64,000 nt of DNA from Methanomassiliicoccaceae archaeon (GTDB lineage Archaea > Thermoplasmatota > Thermoplasmata > Methanomassiliicoccales > Methanomassiliicoccaceae): assembly GCA_040776945.1 (NCBI GenBank), contig JAXGZN010000001.1, positions 800,001 to 864,000 of the forward strand, in the 5' to 3' direction. Below, piece by piece: positions 21,933-30,436 of this stretch (position 1 is the stretch's first letter; every line of letters begins with the position of its first letter). A program made the translations under genes and the position numbers. The notes under the pieces were generated by a model. That model saw only the letters and a list, made by a program, of their open reading frames with translations. It did not search any database and was not told the DNA's origin.

Positions 21933-22895
21933 TCAGGACGTCAGCATGGTCATGCTGACGTAGGCGCGGTTATAGTACAGTTCATTGCAGTTCTTCAGAG
22001 TGAGCGTGAGCGTGGTCAGCCCGTTGGTGGAGCCGGCCACGGGGAGGGGCGAGGTCAGCACATAGTCGGTGTCGTTGACCAGCCCATTGGTTCGGCATAG
22101 CTGGGAGAGGTAACCGTACCAGGCATTACCATAGGTCGTGTTGAACCTCAGGCAGAAGGTCCCGTTCTCGGCCCCTATGGAATACTTCTGCGAGTCGATG
22201 TATATCAGGTCCAGGCTGAACCCGACGGTGTCCGAGCCGGTCAGCGACTGAGCGTTGCCGATAAGGTCGACCTGGGTGAACGCGACGTTAAGGGTATGAT
22301 TGTCCTTGCTGATGTCCAGGTTGGGGTAGGCGCGGATGGACTGACCGTCCTCCTGCCCCAGGATGATGGCTCCGTTCTCATAGGCCAGCCACTGTTGGAC
22401 GTAGTAACGGTTAGGGGCGTAAAGCTCCACCTTGCCGCCACCGTCGACGTCCACCGGCACAACGAACGTCTGCCCGCCGGGGCCGGAACCGGTGTAGTTG
22501 AACCGTACGTTGAGGCTGGACGATCCCATGCCTTGCGGATTATATGTGAGCAGGCCTGCGGTCGGCGAGGCGAATATGGGGACGCCCGAGGCCCCCATGG
22601 TCATGGGAGCGTACATCTTGATGGAGGAATCCCCTGTGACCAACTGCTGGGAGATCATGCTGTCCACCTTTCCCTTCAGCTGGCCGAACTGGTCGATGGA
22701 CACGTTCATGTGCGACCGCTCGTTATCAAGCATCCAGGCCGGCACGTAGGAGTTGACGATGAGGGCCATGAACGCGAGGAAGACGAGCAAAGCCATGATC
22801 GTTCCGATGGTGGAGGCCACGCCCTGGCGGTCCCTCCTGAGAAGGGCTGCCCTGCTCGACCTCTTCAGAGCCCTGCTACGCACTGGTACCGCCAT
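21933..22895 (-). CDS. Pilin-like protein with class III signal peptide
   Basis: RRDRQG|VASTIGTIMALLVFLAFMALI..YVPAW..NERSH; first gene of the pilus operon. Confidence 0.75.
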   Translation of the reverse strand: MAVPVRSRALKRSSRAALLRRDRQGVASTIGTIMALLVFLAFMALIVNSYVPAWMLDNERSHMNVSIDQFGQLKGKVDSMISQQLVTGDSSIKMYAPMTMGASGVPIFASPTAGLLTYNPQGMGSSSLNVRFNYTGSGPGGQTFVVPVDVDGGGKVELYAPNRYYVQQWLAYENGAIILGQEDGQSIRAYPNLDISKDNHTLNVAFTQVDLIGNAQSLTGSDTVGFSLDLIYIDSQKYSIGAENGTFCLRFNTTYGNAWYGYLSQLCRTNGLVNDTDYVLTSPLPVAGSTNGLTTLTLTLKNCNELYYNRAYVSMTMLTS

Positions 22896-23023
22896 AAGTA
22901 TGATGCACCTCGATTCGTCGAATCAAGCATCGGGTACATCTTAAAGCCTTCGAGCTGGCTTGCAATTATAAACATTAATAATTATCTGAAGATGGTATGG
23001 CTAGATGTTATTGCCGGCGACTG

Positions 23024-23039
23024 AGAAACATTATTATAG
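23024..23039 (+). promoter_or_regulatory. Putative BRE/TATA of tRNA-Phe
   Basis: GAAACATTATTATAG about 25-30 nt upstream of the tRNA. Confidence 0.5.
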
Positions 23040-23063
23040 CCGGGCCGATTACTCTCTGGCGAA

Positions 23064-23136
23064 GCCGCAGTAACTCAGCTGGGAGAGTGCAAGACTGAAG
23101 ATCTTGAAGTCGCTGGTTCAAGTCCGGCCTGCGGCA
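23064..23136 (+). tRNA. tRNA-Phe(GAA), no intron, CCA not encoded
   Basis: GCCGCAG/CTGCGGC acceptor, ACTC/GAGT D-stem, CAAGA-CT-GAA-GA-TCTTG, GCTGG-TTCAAGT-CCGGC. Confidence 0.95.
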
Positions 23137-23223
23137 CTCCGATTCTTAACCAAGACGTTCTGACCGCTCATTGCATGGACAAGTTCTATTAGCGGGACAG
23201 GACATAGCTCGCGGGGCGAAGAC

Positions 23224-23655
23224 ATGAATCTATCGGGTTTCGAGATCAACACCATCGAGGCCAAGCGGTTCTCCAAGACCGGGGAGCACATGGCGAACAT
23301 CCGCATCGATCACAACAGCACTGTTACCCAGATCGGCCGCGCTTCCGAACGTACCGCATCCGTGGAGTTCCGTTTCACCGTCAACTACGTGGGCATGGGC
23401 TTCGTAAAGATCGAGGGCACCGTCCTTCTCGAGGGCCAGGTCGACACGCTGGTCAAGGAATGGGCCGCCACCTCTTCAATGCCCAACGAGGACGCCAACA
23501 TCGTTCACAACGTGGTGGTGTCCAACTGCATCCCCGTCGCCCTGCTCATCGCCCGGGACATCCGCCTGCCGCCGCCGTTCCCTCTCCCCCGCATCAACGT
23601 GGAGAAGAAGGCCGCGCCGGCGCCCCGGTCCGCCCCGGGCCCTGAGTTCGCTTGA
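23224..23655 (+). CDS. Conserved archaeal hypothetical protein (possible SecB-like fold)
   Basis: Coding-like 143-aa ORF; IDHNSTV..VEFRFTVNY..VKIEG, C-terminal LPPPFPLPRI. Confidence 0.7.
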   Translation: MNLSGFEINTIEAKRFSKTGEHMANIRIDHNSTVTQIGRASERTASVEFRFTVNYVGMGFVKIEGTVLLEGQVDTLVKEWAATSSMPNEDANIVHNVVVSNCIPVALLIARDIRLPPPFPLPRINVEKKAAPAPRSAPGPEFA

Positions 23656-23681
23656 GAAGGCTCCAGCGCAAAGGGCCACGC

Positions 23682-23710
23682 GCGCCAGTGCCGGGCCCTG
23701 GCTTTTTTTC
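23682..23710 (+). terminator. T-rich terminator region between convergent genes
   Basis: GC-rich stretch followed by T7 at 23703-23709. Confidence 0.4.
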
Positions 23711-23722
23711 AATTGCCTACCG

Positions 23723-25555
23723 TCACTTGATGTGGTCCAGGGCGAACGAGCCAATGCTCAGCCCGTGCCGGGTGGCGTTGTAGCGGATGTACGATCGGGA
23801 CTGCACGTCGGTGATCCCCCTCACCATGAAGAAGGTCCGGAGCTGGTCTATCTTGAAATCGATCATGCCGTCCATGATGGAGCCGAGCATCTGGATCTCC
23901 TGCTCCCCATGCATGCCCTTCTCGATGGTGTAGAACGAGACGGCCCGATCGCGCTTGCGCCGGCCGCAGAACGGGGTTAGGAAGCGGAAGATCTGCGTGG
24001 GGTCGGAGTACGCGATCAGCGTGGAAAGGGTACGGAACGCCAGTCGGTAGTACTCATGCTTCTCCCTGAACGCCTTGGACGCCTCCTCCACCGCGTCCAT
24101 GATCTGGTCATGGGCGGTGGGCTCCTCGATATAGGTGGTATACTTGTCCATGGTGGTGTCGCCCATCCCTCGGGAGTATGAGTCGACGTACCGGACCAGG
24201 CCCAAAGCCTCATAGTCCTCGTACGAAGGCAGCACCAGCTTCATCTCCTCGCGGAGGTCCGCAGGGGTCTTGTCCGTCGTGACCCAGATAGCGGGTATGC
24301 CCTTCTTCAGCCCCTCGGCGATGAACTGGTCAACCATCGTCTCCTTGCCTACGAACGGCGGACCGTGAACCAGGACGTTGGATCCGAATGGCACGCCGCC
24401 CAGCAGCAGGTCGTCAAGGCGGGGATTGCCGGTCTTGGCCTTTGCCGCCTCGGCCTCCAGGGCGATCTCCTGTTCCTTATGCTTCAGCTCCTCCTCGATC
24501 GCTCCCATCTCCCGCCGGCGGAGGTCGGCCTCCTTGCTGCGAATGTACTCCTCCTTGGCCTTGAGGTCCCGCTCCTTCTTTTCCACCTCGCCTCGGAGCT
24601 CCTCAAGGCGTTTCTTAAGCTCCGCCTCCTCCAGACCTCCGGTGGAGCGCTTGGCCTCTTCCAGCCGCCGCCTCTCCTCGGTCGTCTTCCTCTCCCTGAA
24701 GAGGAGGTCCTCCTCTCGGCGGGACAGTTCTTGCTCCTTGTAACCGATGATCTCCTTAAGGCCCTTCAGCTCGTCCTCCCTCTCGGTCAGGAGGTCCTTC
24801 ATGCGGCCAACGGTCTCCTGCAGCTCCAGGATGCGCTTCTCCTTCTCCTGGAATCCCTTGATCTTCTCGTCGATGGCCTTGTTGGCCTCGGGCTTGGACA
24901 TCCTGGCCAGCTGCAGCTCGTCATCTCGGAGCTTGATCTCTATCTCCCGCGTCCTAAGTTCGGCCTCCAGCTGCTGCACGCGCCCCTTCAGCTCCTCCTC
25001 GCGGCTCCTGGCCTCGGCCTCCTTCTCGCTCAGCTCTGCCCGGTACCTCTCCATGATGATGGCGCTCTCGGCCCCGTTCATCCCCAGGGCCCGCTCCCGC
25101 ATCTCCAGGTCGTTCTCCTTGTCCCTCAAGGCCGCCTCGCGGTCCTTGAGCGATTCCGGCGCTGAGGCCACCGCGCGGTCTCGAAGCTCCGAGTTCACCT
25201 TGGTGAGGCGGGCCACCTCCGCGCTCAGGCGGGCCACCTCCGCGCTCGTACCCGCAGCGTCCCCGCCGCCGGCCGAGGCAAGCTTGCGGAGCTGGGCGAT
25301 CTCCGCCTCGTAATTCGCTATCCGCTCCTTGAGCTCGGGGTCGAGGTCCAGGACGTCAGGGGTATCGCTGTAGAACGTGGTCTGCCGTTCAGGGTCCTCC
25401 TCCAGCCAGGCCATAAGGGTGGACTCACCGGCCATCCAGCGCCGTAGCTCCTCGGCCTGGTCGGCGCTGCCGTCCTCTGGTCCTGAGGGCATTGCCCGAG
25501 AACCTTCCTCGCTCTTCTGAGGTACCCCTTCTTTGGCCTTTTTTCTGCGAGCCAA
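23723..25555 (-). CDS. Coiled-coil protein fused to a C-terminal KaiC/RAD55 domain with degenerate motifs
   Basis: About 300 aa of heptads, then KTGNPRLDDLLLGGVP, GPPFVGKE, RLAFRTLSTL, IMDGMIDF. Confidence 0.85.
   Translation of the reverse strand: MARRKKAKEGVPQKSEEGSRAMPSGPEDGSADQAEELRRWMAGESTLMAWLEEDPERQTTFYSDTPDVLDLDPELKERIANYEAEIAQLRKLASAGGGDAAGTSAEVARLSAEVARLTKVNSELRDRAVASAPESLKDREAALRDKENDLEMRERALGMNGAESAIIMERYRAELSEKEAEARSREEELKGRVQQLEAELRTREIEIKLRDDELQLARMSKPEANKAIDEKIKGFQEKEKRILELQETVGRMKDLLTEREDELKGLKEIIGYKEQELSRREEDLLFRERKTTEERRRLEEAKRSTGGLEEAELKKRLEELRGEVEKKERDLKAKEEYIRSKEADLRRREMGAIEEELKHKEQEIALEAEAAKAKTGNPRLDDLLLGGVPFGSNVLVHGPPFVGKETMVDQFIAEGLKKGIPAIWVTTDKTPADLREEMKLVLPSYEDYEALGLVRYVDSYSRGMGDTTMDKYTTYIEEPTAHDQIMDAVEEASKAFREKHEYYRLAFRTLSTLIAYSDPTQIFRFLTPFCGRRKRDRAVSFYTIEKGMHGEQEIQMLGSIMDGMIDFKIDQLRTFFMVRGITDVQSRSYIRYNATRHGLSIGSFALDHIK
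25206..25247 (-). repeat. 21-bp tandem duplication (one heptad, SAEVARL x2)
   Basis: aggcgggccacctccgcgctc repeated twice. Confidence 0.85.
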
Positions 25556-25783
25556 ATTCTACACCATTTATAATAATTAGCCTTGGGACCGCCCATGGAC
25601 TTATTAACGATTTCGCCCTGTATGCTGTTGGGCGAAAACGTCCCGAAGGCATTTTTATTCAATTGGACCATATGGGACTGGAAAGGGAGCCAGTAAGCTT
25701 CACGATACGATTGCCAAAGACAAAGAGATATATACCGACATGATCATTCAATTTGGAGAGCCATTACGGCCAGGTGCCCTTAT

Positions 25784-25954
25784 ATGGAGAAGCAGATACA
25801 TGTCAAGATCGACAAGAAGAGCGACTTGACGCTTCGTGAGGTGCTTCGCAAGATCGAGGAGATCCAGGCCGAGCACCCGGAGTTGGACGTTTTCTTCGAC
25901 GGGGATATCTATGCGATATGCAGCCGGCCCCGGAAGCAGTCCGAGCAGCAATGA
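25784..25954 (+). CDS. Small 56-aa hypothetical protein (below the ORF-track cutoff)
   Basis: MEKQIHVKIDKKSDLTLREVLRKIEEIQAEHPELDVFFDGDIYAICSRPRKQSEQQ; AGGTG upstream; coding-like codon usage. Confidence 0.7.
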   Translation: MEKQIHVKIDKKSDLTLREVLRKIEEIQAEHPELDVFFDGDIYAICSRPRKQSEQQ

Positions 25955-26148
25955 TCCTCCCTGCATCTTTCTCTCATCTTCTTTGATGACCTCGCTATAT
26001 CGTGCATTTCAGGCCCGGCTAGGGAACAAGAAGGCTAAACTTAATATCGCCGACCTCATCACAGCAACCACGGCGGGGGTTTCGTCGACCTCGATCGGGC
26101 CGCTGGACGGCCGATCGACGTTCCCGTCGAAATAGCGAGTGAACATCC

Positions 26149-27171
26149 ATGAAAAAGAAGGACCTCTTGAAGAGAGCCGTCAAGCAGGTGGACGCGACCA
26201 AGTTCGATTCCACGCCGATCATCGACAGCATGCGCGAGATGTCGTTCACATCACGTGATGCCGCCCGGGCGGCCGACATCTTCAAGCTGATGCTGGAGGA
26301 CAAGGACTGCACCACCATGCTCACCCTTGCAGGCAGCACCAGCGCCGGCGGGTGTATGAACGTCTACGCGGACATGATCAAGTACAACATGATCGACGTG
26401 GTGGTGGCCACCGGGGCCTCCATAGTGGACATGGACTTCTTCGAGGCCCTTGGCTACAAGCACTACCAGGGCACGCCGTTCGTGGACGACCACATGCTGA
26501 GGGAGAACTACGTCGACCGCATTTATGACACCTACATAGACGAGGAGCAGCTGCAGAAGTGCGATGCCACGGTGAAGGCCATCGCCGACGGCCTGGAGCC
26601 CCGCCCCTATTCATCGAGGGAGTTCATCCGTGAGATGGGCAAATGGCTCACCAAGAACGCAAAGAAGAAGAACTCGCTGGTGGAGCTCGCGTACAAGCAC
26701 AATGTGCCTGTGTTCTGCCCCGCCTTCTCCGACTCCAGCGCTGGATTCGGGCTGGTAATGCACCAGCATGAGAACCCTAAGGAGCACGTCTCCATTGACT
26801 CGGTGAAGGACTTCTACGAGCTCACCAAGATCAAGATGAAGGCGAAGACCTCCGGTCTGTTCATGATCGGCGGCGGAGTGCCCAAGAACTTCGCGCAGGA
26901 CACCGTGGTATGCGCTGAGTGCCTGGGAGTGGAGGTTCCCATGCACCAGTACGCCGTCCAGATAACCGTTGCCGATGTCCGCGATGGCGCCTGCTCCTCC
27001 TCGACCCTTAAAGAGGCCTCCTCCTGGGGAAAGGTGCAGACCACCTACGAACAGATGGTTTATGCTGAAGCGACCACCATTGTCCCGCTGATCTTCAGCT
27101 ACGTGTACCACAACATGGACCTTAAGGCCCGGAAGCGGTTCGCCTGGACCAAGATGCTGGATAAAGAGTAG
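26149..27171 (+). CDS. Deoxyhypusine synthase-like protein (bacterial-type DHS/homospermidine synthase clade)
   Basis: LTLAGS, VATGA, VDRIYDTYIDE, CPAFSDSSAG, IGGGVPKNF, DGACSSSTLKEASSWGK (catalytic Lys). Confidence 0.88.
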   Translation: MKKKDLLKRAVKQVDATKFDSTPIIDSMREMSFTSRDAARAADIFKLMLEDKDCTTMLTLAGSTSAGGCMNVYADMIKYNMIDVVVATGASIVDMDFFEALGYKHYQGTPFVDDHMLRENYVDRIYDTYIDEEQLQKCDATVKAIADGLEPRPYSSREFIREMGKWLTKNAKKKNSLVELAYKHNVPVFCPAFSDSSAGFGLVMHQHENPKEHVSIDSVKDFYELTKIKMKAKTSGLFMIGGGVPKNFAQDTVVCAECLGVEVPMHQYAVQITVADVRDGACSSSTLKEASSWGKVQTTYEQMVYAEATTIVPLIFSYVYHNMDLKARKRFAWTKMLDKE

Positions 27172-27276
27172 GCTCTCAACGGCCTGAGGGCCCCTCTCTT
27201 TCTATCCAATATCGAAAATGATGGCATGGCCAAGGTTTAAGCATGGCACGGGCCTCCGGTGCCATTACGGTGAACT

Positions 27277-27828
27277 ATGCGCCGATCAGGCCGCCTGACC
27301 ATGGCACTGTACAACTCCTATGATCCCAGGAGCTTCCGCGAGGCCCACCGCCGAGCTCTGGCCCGGGCCGGGCCGCTGGCATTGGCATTCGGCTTCAACC
27401 TTGCTACCTTCGGCTTCCCCTTCTCCAAGGACCTTGCCACTCCCCAGGAGGTCGCGGACTGGATAGCCACGACCACGTCCATAGGCGAGCATGGAGGGTT
27501 CTTGAAGGAACTTACCGCGAAGGGGCGCTTCCAGACCTTCGATTATCCAAACCGCGGCTTCCCGCCCCAGATGGGCGAGGCAGTGCTCACCACCAGGAAG
27601 CCGGAGGCGGGGAAAACGACGAGCATCGAGGAGATCGCCTCTGGCCTGAGGAGGGGGCAAAGCGTCATGGTAATCTTCGGTCTAGGGCCGAAGGGCGCCC
27701 CCAAAGAGGTCTTCGAGATGACCAAGAAGCACTTGGACATCACTCCGGGAGGATATTCCTTGGAGACCTGCACCGCCATGGGCGTTGTGGTCGGGGCCAT
27801 CGCCTACCGCCTCGATGAAGAGAGATAG
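27277..27828 (+). CDS. DUF531-family protein (putative SPOUT-fold RNA methyltransferase)
   Basis: LTMALYNSYDP..HRRALARAGPLALAFGFNLA..FGLGPKG..HLDITPGGYSLETCTAMG. Confidence 0.75.
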   Translation: MRRSGRLTMALYNSYDPRSFREAHRRALARAGPLALAFGFNLATFGFPFSKDLATPQEVADWIATTTSIGEHGGFLKELTAKGRFQTFDYPNRGFPPQMGEAVLTTRKPEAGKTTSIEEIASGLRRGQSVMVIFGLGPKGAPKEVFEMTKKHLDITPGGYSLETCTAMGVVVGAIAYRLDEER

Positions 27829-27975
27829 GGCACCCTCCATGTCATTTAGTATTATCGATTTATATTCTCATAATTATCAAAAATAAAAAATCCCAGACTA
27901 AGATTTATATCAAGAAAATTTGTGGTTCTCAATCCCAGGAAACTAGAACGGTCTAGGCCTGGATGAGGGATCGAA

Positions 27976-28560
27976 ATGTTAAGGAAGAGAGCCACCATTG
28001 CAGGAATATTGTTAGTCATGGCCGCCGTGCTCAGCACCGGCGCTATCTATGCGTACTTCAGTGACACCGAGACCAGCAGCGGCAACACGTTCACTGCTGG
28101 TACCCTTGACCTCAAGGTCAACGGGGTCGATAATCCGGTATCCTCGTTCACAGTAGGCAACGTTTATCCCGGAGCCAGCGGCTCCGTGTCCGTCACCCTG
28201 ACCAACTCGGGGACCATCGCCGGCACCCTGACCATGGCCATCGTCTCGGTGGTAAACCTCCCGGGCGTCACAACAGAACCGGAGGCGGCCCTGGGCACCC
28301 CTGACAACGGCGAGCTTGGCGCCAACATGCAGATCACCATCTGGGTGGACAGCGACGGGGACGGGACCCTTGATGCTAGCGAGTCCACGCTGTACAGCGG
28401 CCTGCTCAACGGAGCAGGTGGAGCGCTCAGCGTAGGCAACCTGGCGGGCGGCGAATCTACCCATGTCGGCATAGCGTACAACGTCCCGACCACCGTTGGC
28501 AACGAGATCCAGGGCGACATCTGCACCTTCAGTATCCAGTACACCCTTGTCCAGGCGTGA
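27976..28560 (+). CDS. TasA/CalY-family protein with SipW-cognate signal peptide
   Basis: GAIYA|YFSDTETSSGNTFTAGTLDL; NVYPGASG..LTNSGT; DSDGDG; NEIQGD..FSIQYTLVQ. Confidence 0.88.
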   Translation: MLRKRATIAGILLVMAAVLSTGAIYAYFSDTETSSGNTFTAGTLDLKVNGVDNPVSSFTVGNVYPGASGSVSVTLTNSGTIAGTLTMAIVSVVNLPGVTTEPEAALGTPDNGELGANMQITIWVDSDGDGTLDASESTLYSGLLNGAGGALSVGNLAGGESTHVGIAYNVPTTVGNEIQGDICTFSIQYTLVQA

Positions 28561-29078
28561 GCCGGACGGCATGGAGAGGTAGGATGAGGCCACGGCCAGG
28601 TCACCTGGGGGCAGCGTTCCTTGCTGTCTTCCTAGCTCTGGCCCTGGCCAGTGTCCTGGCCCCCACCTTCGGGTGGAGGATGGATGTGGTGCAGAGCGGC
28701 AGCATGTCCCCGGCCATCGGGGTTGGCGACCTGGTGATCATCTCACCATGCGCCCCCTCGGACGTCCGCGTCGGGGACGTGGTCTGCTTTCGATCCGAAG
28801 GCAGATTGGTCTGTCACCGTGTCGTCTCCATCGACCCGATCGACCAGACCATCCTGACCAAGGGGGACGCCAACGCGGCCCCGGACCCGCCTGTCCCGTT
28901 CGGCGACATGGCGGGAAGGGTGAGCGTCAGCCTGCCCCTCCTCGGACATGCGGTCTCGTTCCTCAAGGGCCCGTTCGGGTGGGCCCTGATGATATTGCTC
29001 GCTCTCTTGGTCACGGTTGCCGGGAGGGAGGACGGTACCGAAGATGGAAAGGCTGAGATGAGGGAGGGGAAGACCTGA
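28557..29078 (+). CDS. sipW: Signal peptidase I, SipW/Sec11 type
   Basis: VVQSGSMSPAIGVGDLVII, VCHRV (Ser/His), TKGDAN, flanking TM helices; overlaps the tasA-like stop (GTGA). Confidence 0.85.
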   Translation: MSRTAWRGRMRPRPGHLGAAFLAVFLALALASVLAPTFGWRMDVVQSGSMSPAIGVGDLVIISPCAPSDVRVGDVVCFRSEGRLVCHRVVSIDPIDQTILTKGDANAAPDPPVPFGDMAGRVSVSLPLLGHAVSFLKGPFGWALMILLALLVTVAGREDGTEDGKAEMREGKT

Positions 29079-30436
29079 GGCCCTTCAGAGCCTGGGCGTT
29101 GGTGTTCGCGCTGTTCGCCGTTGCGATCATGGCCACCAGCGACGTTCACTGCGCACTCGTGGACAGGGAGACCGCGGCCTCGAACAGCGTAATCGGCTAC
29201 ATCCCCAGCCTGTGGAGGCAAACCTCTCACGCCGATTTCCTGCAGGGAACGGCGGCCGGAACGCAGGTAAGCGACGACTCGGACAGCGTCCATCTGAGGG
29301 CGCATTACACAGATCCCGGGGTGTATGTCCTGGTCGGCGGACGATCGACCGCCTTCTACCGCTACAACATAACCTCAGGGATATGGTCCGAGATGGCGCC
29401 CATTCCAGCCGCCTTGGCCGACGGCGCGGCGATGGTGTACGACGGCTCGGCACAAGTCTACGCGCTGGCCGGGGGCTCGAGCAGTGCCCTGTTCCGCTAC
29501 GATGTCCTGGCCAATACCTGGTCCTTGTTCGCCACGGTACCCGCCAACGTAGGCAAAGGAGGGGACATCACCTGGGACGGCACCTATTTGTACGTGATGG
29601 GAGGAGCATCCGGCCGACAGGTCTGGAGGCTCGACGTGGCGAGCCTGACGTGGCTCCAGATAACGACGGTGCCGGGAGCCACGGGCACAGGGGCCTCGGT
29701 CCTGTACAACAAAGGCTATCTGTACGTAACCAAGGGAGACGGCACCAAGACCTTCTGGAGGTACGATCTGAGGTCAGGCAGGTGGGCAGCGATGGCGAAT
29801 GCCGGGGGCAAGATCGGGGCCGGATCGGACCTGATCGCCGGCCCGAGAGGCGCACTGTACGTTCTGCAGGGGAACAACGGAAGGCAATTGGCCTCGTACG
29901 ACGCCACTGTCAATGCCTGGTCCCGTCTGTCCAACCTACCCAATGCCGTGAGCTATGGCGGCGGCCTCACCTACGGGGGCTCAGACATCATCTACTCCAT
30001 CAACGGCAACGACCAGAGATACTTCCACTCGTTCAACAGGACGCTCAATTCATGGACCCGGCTGGCCATGGTGCCTTCCGCAGTGAGCGACGGCGGGTGC
30101 TTGGTATACGTGCCTCCGGTGCCGATAGATTTCCCACCGTCGGGAACACTGACCTCGGCAACCTTCGACTCCGGGCAGGCCGGGACGAGATACGTCCATG
30201 CATTCTGGGACCGGACGGTGCAGCCAGAGACCTTGGTGAAGATCGAAGTTCGGGCGTCGGACTCGTTGTCCGAAGGCTCCCCCGCCGCTGAATGGAGGTC
30301 CCTGGGGACGGGAACATCAGGGGCTATGGACGACCTCACCGGCAGGTATGTGCAGTGGAGGGCCACCCTTACCACCTCGGACGCTTCCATGACCCCGGAG
30401 CTGCAGGAGGTGAGGATATACTATTACCACGTTTAG
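29075..30436 (+). CDS. Secreted Kelch beta-propeller protein with SipW-like N-terminus
   Basis: Signal peptide then ALVDRETAASNSV; six Y-x-x-x-G(G)..RYD..W Kelch blades; C-terminal GRYVQWRATLT..TPEL sandwich; probable CTG start overlapping the sipW TGA (track start 29099). Confidence 0.82.
   Translation: MRPFRAWALVFALFAVAIMATSDVHCALVDRETAASNSVIGYIPSLWRQTSHADFLQGTAAGTQVSDDSDSVHLRAHYTDPGVYVLVGGRSTAFYRYNITSGIWSEMAPIPAALADGAAMVYDGSAQVYALAGGSSSALFRYDVLANTWSLFATVPANVGKGGDITWDGTYLYVMGGASGRQVWRLDVASLTWLQITTVPGATGTGASVLYNKGYLYVTKGDGTKTFWRYDLRSGRWAAMANAGGKIGAGSDLIAGPRGALYVLQGNNGRQLASYDATVNAWSRLSNLPNAVSYGGGLTYGGSDIIYSINGNDQRYFHSFNRTLNSWTRLAMVPSAVSDGGCLVYVPPVPIDFPPSGTLTSATFDSGQAGTRYVHAFWDRTVQPETLVKIEVRASDSLSEGSPAAEWRSLGTGTSGAMDDLTGRYVQWRATLTTSDASMTPELQEVRIYYYHV

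Noticed and set aside
16552-22895. Archaellum operon
   Set aside because: No archaellin or ArlF/G genes, and the platform is split into two TadC-type genes, which fits a pilus.
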